Position numbers and translations under genes: made by a program | The notes under the pieces: model-generated | Seen by the model: the letters and a program-made list of their open reading frames with translations, nothing else | Databases searched by the model: none | What the model was told of the DNA's origin: nothing | Shown here: piece after piece, positions 1 to 6,796 of the stretch | How positions within the stretch are numbered: position 1 is the stretch's first letter | How the letters are laid out: each line of letters begins with the position of its first letter | Source: a virus | Lineage: Duplodnaviria; Caudoviricetes | Virus record (IMG/VR): IMGVR_UViG_3300044676_000388 | Span: 1 to 26,475 of that record | Reading direction: 5' to 3' (one strand) | Length of the DNA stretch: 26,475 nt

Positions 1-183
1 ACTAAGAAGACCTTAAAAGAACTCAACATGGAGTACAAGTACGTTGAGATACCTCCGGGTCAAGCCGGTTGGGACTTGGTAGAAACGATGACAGGTAAAC
101 GATCTATACCACAGGTGTTTTACCACTTTGGTGGATCAAAGGACTTTACAGAAGCACTCAAGAGTTTACAGCTAGTTGACTGA
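1..183 (+). CDS. Glutaredoxin/NrdH-like redoxin, 5'-truncated by window edge
   Basis: Manual frame-1 translation TKKTLKELNMEYKYVEIPPGQAGWDLVETMTGKRSIPQVFYHFGGSKDFTEALKSLQLVD*. TGKRSIPQVF...GG matches the glutaredoxin cis-Pro (TVPQIF) and GG motifs. Any CxxC would lie upstream of the window. Not in ORF track. Confidence 0.75.
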   Translation, partial: TKKTLKELNMEYKYVEIPPGQAGWDLVETMTGKRSIPQVFYHFGGSKDFTEALKSLQLVD

Positions 184-1426
184 TCTAAACGTACAACTGT
201 TGCCGTGGCAACAAGAGGTCTACTCTGATCCTACTAGGTTCAAGGTAGTAGCCGCTGGGCGAAGGACAGGGAAGTCTCGCCTAGCCGCTTGGATGTTGAT
301 TATCAACGCCCTACAGTCCGACAAAGGACACGTTTTTTACGTTGCGCCCACGCAGGGACAAGCCCGTGACATTATGTGGCAGACCCTGTTGGAGCTAGGA
401 CACCCTGTTATATCTGGAAGTCACATCAACAACCTCCAGATTAGGCTGGTCAACGGGGCCACGATTACTCTTAAAGGAGCCGACAGGCCAGAGACAATGC
501 GTGGTGTGTCCTTGAAGTTTCTCGTGATGGACGAGTACGCAGACATGAAACCTGAAGTCTGGGAACAAATCCTCCGTCCAGCACTAGCTGACCAGAAGGG
601 ATCAGCAATGTTCATAGGTACGCCTATGGGCAGAAACCATTTTTATGAACTGTTTAAACACGCAGAGCTAGGCGACGATGAGACTTACAGGGGCTGGCAT
701 TTCACCAGCTACGATAATCCAATCTTGGACCCAAACGAAATCGACATGGCAAAAAAATCAATGTCGAGTTACGCCTTTAGACAAGAGTTCATGGCCTCGT
801 TTGAAGCCAGAGGCTCAGAGATGTTCAAAGAAGATTGGATCCAGTTCGGAGAAGAACCAGAAGACGGAGACTACTACATAGCTATTGACTTGGCTGGCTT
901 TGAAGAAGTTAACAAAAAACGAACAAAAAATACTAAGTTAGATGAAACCGCAATCGTTGTTGTTAAAGCTGGTCCTAGTGGTTGGTACGTTGATAATATT
1001 ATACACGGGCGGTGGAGCTTTGATGAGACTGCCACCAAGATATTTCAGGCCGTTAGAGATTACAAACCTGTTAGTGTTGGTATTGAAAAAGGAGTCTTGC
1101 GACAAGCAATCATGAGTCCTTTGACAAACCTTATGAAACAATACGGAAGGTTTTTTAGAGTAGAAGAACTTTCTCATGGTAACAAGAAAAAAACTGACAG
1201 AGTTATGTACGCACTACAAGGAAGATTTGAAAACGCTCAGATAAAATTAAACAAAGGATCGTGGAACTCAAGATTTTTAGATCAACTGTTTCAGTTTCCA
1301 GATCCGCTTACTCACGATGACCTTGTTGATGCACTGGCGTACATAGATCAACTAGCTAAAGTTGCGTATCACTATGACTTTGAAATTGACGACCATCAAA
1401 TACTAGACGTAATAGCAGGATACTAG
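176..1426 (+). CDS. terL: Terminase large subunit
   Basis: Walker A VAAGRRTGKS, YVAPT motif, RG..LVMDE Walker B, FIGTPMG coupling motif, RuvC-like nuclease (IAIDLA ... HDDLVDALAY). The TTG start overlaps the glutaredoxin end. Confidence 0.97.
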   Translation: MTDLNVQLLPWQQEVYSDPTRFKVVAAGRRTGKSRLAAWMLIINALQSDKGHVFYVAPTQGQARDIMWQTLLELGHPVISGSHINNLQIRLVNGATITLKGADRPETMRGVSLKFLVMDEYADMKPEVWEQILRPALADQKGSAMFIGTPMGRNHFYELFKHAELGDDETYRGWHFTSYDNPILDPNEIDMAKKSMSSYAFRQEFMASFEARGSEMFKEDWIQFGEEPEDGDYYIAIDLAGFEEVNKKRTKNTKLDETAIVVVKAGPSGWYVDNIIHGRWSFDETATKIFQAVRDYKPVSVGIEKGVLRQAIMSPLTNLMKQYGRFFRVEELSHGNKKKTDRVMYALQGRFENAQIKLNKGSWNSRFLDQLFQFPDPLTHDDLVDALAYIDQLAKVAYHYDFEIDDHQILDVIAGY

Positions 1427-1519
1427 ATGAAAGTTTTCAGACCGTTCAATACCTACGGAATATACGCAATCAGTACTGTAGTGTTTTTTACACTAGGTTA
1501 CTGCGTTGCTGTAATTTAA
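1427..1519 (+). CDS. Small single-pass membrane peptide (30 aa), hypothetical
   Basis: MKVFRPFNTYGIYAISTVVFFTLGYCVAVI*. ATG directly follows the terL TAG, the C-terminal ~20 aa are hydrophobic, and its stop runs into the portal RBS (TAAGGA). Not in ORF track. Confidence 0.55.
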   Translation: MKVFRPFNTYGIYAISTVVFFTLGYCVAVI

Positions 1520-1531
1520 GGAACCTAACCG

Positions 1532-3556
1532 ATGGCAGAAGATATTTATAGCCCAGACCCTTTTATTATGGAAGAGTCCTTGGAAGAGTGGGTAATGACC
1601 AAGTGTGAAAACTGGCGTGACCACTACGAATCAAACTACGAACAACGATTTGAAGAATATTACAGACTGTGGCGAGGACAATGGGATCCTGCTGATTCAG
1701 AACGAGCATCAGAACGATCACGCATTATTTCTCCTGCGCTTCAGCAAGCTGTAGAGTCTAACGTAGCAGAACTAGAAGAAGCTACGTTTGGTAGAGGCAA
1801 ATGGTTTGATATATCTGACGATGCTAACGATCCAGAAAAACAAGATATACTGTACCTCCGTAAAAAACTAACAGAAGATTTTGAAGCTTGCAAGGTTCGT
1901 AAAGCTGTAGCTGAATGTCTTATTAATTCTGCTGTGTTTGGTACAGGCATTGGTGAAATTACATTAGAAGAAATAAAAGAAATGGCTCCAGCTACTGAGC
2001 CAATTATGGATGGACAACTACAAGCAGTAGGTGTATCTATTACTGATCGTGTGGTTGTAAAACTAAAACCTGTACTTCCTCAAAACTTTCTTATTGATCC
2101 TGTAGCTACGTCAGTCGAGGACGCTATGGGTGTCGCTGTAGACGAGTTTGTGTCCAAGCATAGTGTAGAACTACTACAAGAACAAGGAGTGTACAGAGAA
2201 GCGTTTATAGAGTCTGCCGCACCTGACAGCGATTTAGAGCCTGACCAAGACCTAACACTGTACAACGACGACAAAGTACGACTAACTAAGTACTATGGTC
2301 TAGTACCAAAAGAACTACTTGAGTCTGAGGGTGTAGACGTAGAAGAAGACTCCAAGTACGTAGAAGCTATCGTAGTAGTAGCTAACGGCGGTACACTGCT
2401 TAAAGCTGAAGCTAACCCTTACATGATGCAAGACCGTCCTGTTGTTGCGTTTCCTTGGGATGTAGTACCCGGACGGTTCTGGGGTCGCGGTGTGTGTGAA
2501 AAAGGATATAACAGCCAGAAAGCTTTAGACACAGAGCTACGCGCACGTATTGACGCTTTGTCATTGACTATTCATCCTATGATGGCGATTGACGCAACGA
2601 GACTACCTCGTGGTGCTAAACCAGAAATCCGCCCCGGCAAAATGATACTAACTAATGGAGATCCCCGTGAAGTACTTCAACCTTTCAACTTTGGGCAAGT
2701 GGGGCAGATCACTTTTGCACAAGCTGCTAGCCTTCAACAAATGGTTCAACAAGCAACTGGAGCCGTGGATTCCGCAGGCATTGCAGGGCAAGTTAATGGC
2801 GAAGCAACCGCTGCTGGCATTAGTATGTCTCTTGGTGCTATTATTAAGCGTCATAAGCGTACTCTCATAAACTTCCAGCAGTCGTTTCTGCTCCCGTTTG
2901 TAACCAAAGCTGCACACCGGTACATGCAGTTTGACCCTGAAAACTACCCTGTAGCTGACTACAAGTTTAACGCTACTAGTACTCTGGGTATCATTGCTCG
3001 TGAGTACGAGGTTACACAGTTGGTGCAACTCTTGCAGACGATGAAGCAAGACAGCCCACTGTACCCTGTGCTAATCCAGAGCATCATTGACAACATGAAC
3101 CTCAGTAACCGTGAGGAGCTTATTGCGGCAATGCAACAGGCTTCACAGCCTAACCCACAGGCACAACAGATGGCACAGATGGCTCAACAAGCACAGATTG
3201 AGTTCCAGCAAAGTCAAACTGCTGCCTTGGCTGCACAAGCTGCTGAGTCGCAAGCTAGAGCGGCTAAGTACGCTATGGAAACTCAACTTGCTCCTGAAGA
3301 ATTGCAAATTGAAAAAATCGAAGCTATTACTCGTAACCTCAAAGAAGGTGATCAAGAAGACAAAGAGTTTGAACGCAGGCTTAAAGTTGCTGACAGGCTC
3401 TTAAAAGAAAACCAACTAAAGGGTAAACCTACCAATGTTAATGACACAAGTAGAAATGAACAAGTTCCTCAACCAGATCAACGAGGCGTTCAAGCACCAG
3501 TTCGACAGATTGGAGCAACTCCAAGCCCAATTAGACCAGTTGGAGGAGAAGGTTAA
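1532..3556 (+). CDS. Portal protein (P22-like/podovirus type)
   Basis: 674 aa after terL, with G(T)GIG, PQNFLIDP and FWGRGVCE motifs, ATAAGISM, and a Gln-rich C-terminal coiled-coil barrel. AAGGA RBS. Confidence 0.93.
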   Translation: MAEDIYSPDPFIMEESLEEWVMTKCENWRDHYESNYEQRFEEYYRLWRGQWDPADSERASERSRIISPALQQAVESNVAELEEATFGRGKWFDISDDANDPEKQDILYLRKKLTEDFEACKVRKAVAECLINSAVFGTGIGEITLEEIKEMAPATEPIMDGQLQAVGVSITDRVVVKLKPVLPQNFLIDPVATSVEDAMGVAVDEFVSKHSVELLQEQGVYREAFIESAAPDSDLEPDQDLTLYNDDKVRLTKYYGLVPKELLESEGVDVEEDSKYVEAIVVVANGGTLLKAEANPYMMQDRPVVAFPWDVVPGRFWGRGVCEKGYNSQKALDTELRARIDALSLTIHPMMAIDATRLPRGAKPEIRPGKMILTNGDPREVLQPFNFGQVGQITFAQAASLQQMVQQATGAVDSAGIAGQVNGEATAAGISMSLGAIIKRHKRTLINFQQSFLLPFVTKAAHRYMQFDPENYPVADYKFNATSTLGIIAREYEVTQLVQLLQTMKQDSPLYPVLIQSIIDNMNLSNREELIAAMQQASQPNPQAQQMAQMAQQAQIEFQQSQTAALAAQAAESQARAAKYAMETQLAPEELQIEKIEAITRNLKEGDQEDKEFERRLKVADRLLKENQLKGKPTNVNDTSRNEQVPQPDQRGVQAPVRQIGATPSPIRPVGGEG

Positions 3557-3629
3557 TGCCACAGAAAAAAGACCCAAAACTAAAACGAGCGGGAGTAAGC
3601 GGGTACAACAAGCCCAAGAGGACTCCTAG
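3435..3629 (+). CDS. Small coiled-coil protein, fully overlapping portal 3' end and next gene
   Basis: MLMTQVEMNKFLNQINEAFKHQFDRLEQLQAQLDQLEEKV... shows a clear amphipathic heptad pattern, while the portal tail read from the same bases looks unstructured. Confidence 0.55.
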   Translation: MLMTQVEMNKFLNQINEAFKHQFDRLEQLQAQLDQLEEKVNATEKRPKTKTSGSKRVQQAQEDS

Positions 3630-3822
3630 CCACCCAACTAAAAAGTTTGTTGTTGTAGCAAAAGAAGGTGACAAAACTAAACTTATTCGTTTTGGTGATC
3701 AAAAAATGACAATTAAAAAAGATCAACCAGCACGACGTAAATCTTTTAGGGCTAGGCATAAATGTGATTCAAACCCGCCTAGTAAATTAAGCGCAAGATA
3801 TTGGTCTTGTAAAAAATGGTAA
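3556..3822 (+). CDS. Small basic protein (88 aa; ..IRFGD..RRKSFRARHKC..ARYWSC..W family, DUF6321-like by recollection)
   Basis: 27/88 residues K/R, two Cys. GGAGG/GAAGG RBS and TAATG overlap with the portal stop. Confidence 0.88.
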   Translation: MPQKKDPKLKRAGVSGYNKPKRTPSHPTKKFVVVAKEGDKTKLIRFGDQKMTIKKDQPARRKSFRARHKCDSNPPSKLSARYWSCKKW

Positions 3823-3832
3823 GGAGTTAACT

Positions 3833-3907
3833 ATGCCGATGGGAAAAGGAACATACGGAACTAAAGTTGGACGACCACCTAAGAAAAAGAAAAAGAAGAA
3901 AAAGTAA
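3833..3907 (+). CDS. 24-aa poly-Lys peptide with AT-hook-like GRP motif
   Basis: MPMGKGTYGTKVGRPPKKKKKKKK*. AAGGAG RBS at 3821-3826 and TAATG coupling to the next ORF. Not in ORF track. Confidence 0.75.
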   Translation: MPMGKGTYGTKVGRPPKKKKKKKK

Positions 3908-4062
3908 TGCCTAAAAAGAAAAAAGCTAACGATGCGTGTGCAAAGAAAGTTAAAGCCCGTTACAAGGTGTGGCCTTCTGCGTATGCGTCTGGTGCCGTAG
4001 CTAAGTGCCGCAAGGTTGGCGCTAAGAACTGGGGTAACAAAAGTGGCCGTAAAAAAAAGTAA
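3907..4062 (+). CDS. Small basic protein (51 aa, WPSAYASGA motif)
   Basis: MPKKKKANDACAKKVKARYKVWPSAYASGAVAKCRKVGAKNWGNKSGRKKK*. 18/51 K/R, two Cys, TAATG coupled. Not in ORF track. Confidence 0.85.
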   Translation: MPKKKKANDACAKKVKARYKVWPSAYASGAVAKCRKVGAKNWGNKSGRKKK

Positions 4063-4312
4063 AAAAGGAGCCGCACTTAAGAAGTGGTTTAAGGAAGAGT
4101 GGGTTGACGTAAAGACAGGTAAGCCTTGTGGTCGCAAGTCTGCTACTAGTTCTAAACGTCCTTATCCTTCTTGTAGACCTAAAGCCGTAGCAGCTAAGAT
4201 GACTAAAGCAGAAAAAGCTTCATCATCAAGGCGCAAAACAGGTCCAGCTAGGATTCAACATGCAGTAACAGCCTCTGGACGTAGACGTAAAACTGCCAAA
4301 AAAAGGTCTTGA
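4043..4312 (+). CDS. Small basic protein (LKKWFKEEWVD..GKPCGR..YPSCRP, DUF5872-like by recollection)
   Basis: Same frame as track ORF 4016..4312. GTG at 4043, preceded by GGGGT, is the more plausible start (MAVKKSKKG...). 29/89 K/R, two Cys. Confidence 0.82.
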   Translation: MAVKKSKKGAALKKWFKEEWVDVKTGKPCGRKSATSSKRPYPSCRPKAVAAKMTKAEKASSSRRKTGPARIQHAVTASGRRRKTAKKRS

Positions 4313-4337
4313 CAACAGACCTAAAATATGGTATAAT
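4309..4337 (+). promoter_or_regulatory. Consensus sigma70 promoter with extended -10
   Basis: TTGACA (4309-4314), 17-bp spacer ending in TGG, TATAAT (4332-4337), with an A-rich tract upstream. Confidence 0.9.
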
Positions 4338-4358
4338 AGGAGTTATAGAGATAACCAC

Positions 4359-4607
4359 ATGGCCTCAATAGATCAAGAGACAGAACAATATTATAACACG
4401 TACTTTGACCTGTTTAGAACCGCTGGTTGGAAACAGTTAATCGAAGAACTAACCCAAAACGCTCTCGTAATAAACAGCGTAGAAGCAACCAAAGATGCTA
4501 ATGATTTGTATTTACGTAAGGGGCAACTCAACGTACTTGCTTATTTAGTTAACTTTGAAACTACTACTAACAATAACTACGACGAGTTGACAAAAAGCGA
4601 TGATTAA
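4359..4607 (+). CDS. Hypothetical head-region protein (82 aa)
   Basis: First ORF after the promoter; helical, with GWKQLIEEL and RKGQL segments. Position before scaffold is typical of podovirus head modules. Confidence 0.8.
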   Translation: MASIDQETEQYYNTYFDLFRTAGWKQLIEELTQNALVINSVEATKDANDLYLRKGQLNVLAYLVNFETTTNNNYDELTKSDD

Positions 4608-4821
4608 AGTATTTGATTTTCGCTGTACAAACGGACATATCTTTGAAGAATTTGTAGACGGCAACACTACATCCAGTAGGTGCGGATGTGGAGCCAACGC
4701 TACAAAAATCGTATCAGCGACTCAGCACGTACTTGAAGGGTCTTCTGGAGACTTTCCCGGCAGACACATGAAGTGGGTACGTGAACACGAGAACGCTGGA
4801 CGATCTAGTAGGGAATCCTAG
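4600..4821 (+). CDS. FmdB-like zinc-ribbon protein
   Basis: FDFRCTNGHIFEEFV ... RCGCG ... KIVS resembles the FmdB Zn-ribbon pattern (here CxxxH and CxC). Confidence 0.75.
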   Translation: MIKVFDFRCTNGHIFEEFVDGNTTSSRCGCGANATKIVSATQHVLEGSSGDFPGRHMKWVREHENAGRSSRES

Positions 4822-4887
4822 TCTTAGGGCATCTCCCATTTTAATCCTCCATAACCTTAATAATAATAGGCGGGGTAAGTTTATATT

Positions 4888-5688
4888 ATGTCACGAGCAC
4901 AATTACTTGATGAGCGTCCTGAAGAAGAACCCATCGAAACAACTGAAGAGCTAACTAACAACTCTATTGAGAATCCTGAAGAGGAACAACCTCAAGAACC
5001 AGAGTTTGAACTTCCTGAAAAGTATCGTGGTAAGTCTGTCGAAGAACTTGTACAGATGCACCAAGAGCTTGAAAAGTTTTCAGGCAAACAGAGTACGGAA
5101 GTAGGTGAACTCCGCAAACTTGTAGATGAACATATTCAGACACAACTCTCAAACCAACAAGCACCTCAACAACAGCAACAAGAAGACGATGAAGTAGATT
5201 TCTTTGTAGATCCACAATCGGCTGTTAACAGAGCTATATCTAATCACCCTAAGATTAAAGAAGCAGAAGCTTACACACAACAAGCAAGACAACAGGCTAC
5301 TCTTTCACAGTTAAAATCCAATCACCCTGATATGGAGAGTATACTACAAGATCCTAAGTTTGCTGAGTGGATCAAGGGGTCAAAAGTTAGAACACAGTTG
5401 TTTGTTCAGGCAGACCAAGGATACGACTACGACGCTGCACACGAATTGTTTTCTCTCTGGAAAGAAAGAACACAAGCCGTACAACAAACCGCGCAAGCGG
5501 AAAAAACAGCTCGTCAGAACACCCTGAAGTCAGCTAGCACAGGCAACGCTCGTGGAACAGCAGAGGGATCGCGTAAGAAAATTTATCGTCGTGCTGACTT
5601 AATAAAACTTATGCAAACAGACCCTGATCGCTACATGGCGTTGCAACCTGAAATTATGGCAGCGTATGCAGAGAAGAGGGTCAAATAG
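4888..5688 (+). CDS. Capsid scaffolding protein
   Basis: Acidic N-terminus, PEKYRGKS motif, coiled coils and a C-terminal AYAEKRVK coat-binding-like end. Lies directly upstream of the capsid gene. Confidence 0.88.
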   Translation: MSRAQLLDERPEEEPIETTEELTNNSIENPEEEQPQEPEFELPEKYRGKSVEELVQMHQELEKFSGKQSTEVGELRKLVDEHIQTQLSNQQAPQQQQQEDDEVDFFVDPQSAVNRAISNHPKIKEAEAYTQQARQQATLSQLKSNHPDMESILQDPKFAEWIKGSKVRTQLFVQADQGYDYDAAHELFSLWKERTQAVQQTAQAEKTARQNTLKSASTGNARGTAEGSRKKIYRRADLIKLMQTDPDRYMALQPEIMAAYAEKRVK

Positions 5689-5711
5689 CCTAACCTTTAA
5701 GGAGAATTAAA

Positions 5712-6704
5712 ATGGCTGGTGAAACCTCTGGTGCATTTTTTACAGCTAATGCTGTAGTAGACAAAACTGCGGCGGGTACTTTTATCCCCGAAATTTGGTC
5801 GGATGAAATTATTGCCGCTTATCAAAAGAACCTGAAGATGGCTCCCCTTGTCAAGCGTCTGTCTATGACCGGCAAGAAGGGTGACGTTATTCACATTCCT
5901 AAGCCCATCCGTGGATCAGCTAACGCTAAGGCAGAAGCTGTTGCGGTAACCATTCAAGCTAACCTTGAGTCAGAGTTGACTGTCACTGTTGACCGTCACT
6001 TTGAGTACTCGCGTCTGATTGAGGACATCGTAGAAGTACAGGCTCTGTCTTCTTTGCGACAGTTCTACACTGAAGACGCTGGTTACCAACTGGCTCTTCA
6101 AGTTGACACTGACCTGATTAACGCCGCTACTGGCTTTGGTGACGGTACTCGTACTGCTACTCCTGCCAACACTGGCGCTAACTGGGTAAACAGCAACAGC
6201 TACTACTTCAATGCCGCCGCTGGCCTTGCGGCTTACGCTGTTGACACTGTTACTACTGGTGACAACTTCACTGACCTCGGCTTCCGTGAGGCTATTAAGC
6301 TGATGGACGATGCTGACGTACCTATGGACGGACGAGTTCTCGTAATTCCTCCTGCTGTTCGTAAGTCAATCATGGGCATTGATCGTTACGTGTCTTCCGA
6401 CTTTGTTGGTGGCCGTGGCGTTGAGTCAGGTCTGATCGGTAACCTGTACGGCGTAGACATCTACGTTTCTAGCAACGCTCCTGTTGTTGAAGTTGCCGCT
6501 CAGAACTCTGTGTCTACCGCTGATACTCGTGGTTGCTTGTTTTTCCACAAGGATGCTTTGGTAATGGCAGAGCAACTGGCTGTACGTTCTCAGACACAGT
6601 ACAAGCAGGAATACCTGTCTACGCTGTTTACGTCTGACACGCTGTACGGTGTTGAAACTTATCGTCCCGAAGCAGGATTCATCCTCGCTGTCTGCGACGA
6701 GTAA
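5712..6704 (+). CDS. Major capsid protein (HK97 fold)
   Basis: FIPEIWSDE, KKGDVIHIP, LMDDADVPMDGR and DTLYGV..RPE motifs. Strong AAGGAG RBS, C-ending codon bias, followed by a terminator. Confidence 0.95.
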   Translation: MAGETSGAFFTANAVVDKTAAGTFIPEIWSDEIIAAYQKNLKMAPLVKRLSMTGKKGDVIHIPKPIRGSANAKAEAVAVTIQANLESELTVTVDRHFEYSRLIEDIVEVQALSSLRQFYTEDAGYQLALQVDTDLINAATGFGDGTRTATPANTGANWVNSNSYYFNAAAGLAAYAVDTVTTGDNFTDLGFREAIKLMDDADVPMDGRVLVIPPAVRKSIMGIDRYVSSDFVGGRGVESGLIGNLYGVDIYVSSNAPVVEVAAQNSVSTADTRGCLFFHKDALVMAEQLAVRSQTQYKQEYLSTLFTSDTLYGVETYRPEAGFILAVCDE

Positions 6705-6716
6705 GCTACTCTCTCT

Positions 6717-6743
6717 GGGGGTCTTCATGGCCCCCTTTTATTT
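6717..6743 (+). terminator. Rho-independent terminator after capsid gene
   Basis: GGGGGTC-TTCAT-GGCCCCC stem-loop followed by TTTTATTT. Confidence 0.85.
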
Positions 6744-6796
6744 AAACGTCTTGATGACAGGGCGGTTAACTAAAAGATAACGGATAGGAAAGCCTT

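Noticed and set aside
3787-4137. Minus-strand ORF with poly-Phe
   Set aside because: It is the reverse complement of the poly-Lys codons; the + strand ORFs have RBSs and coupling.
6660-6720. T7-like capsid frameshift/read-through extension
   Set aside because: No slippery heptamer was seen near the stop, and a terminator follows immediately.
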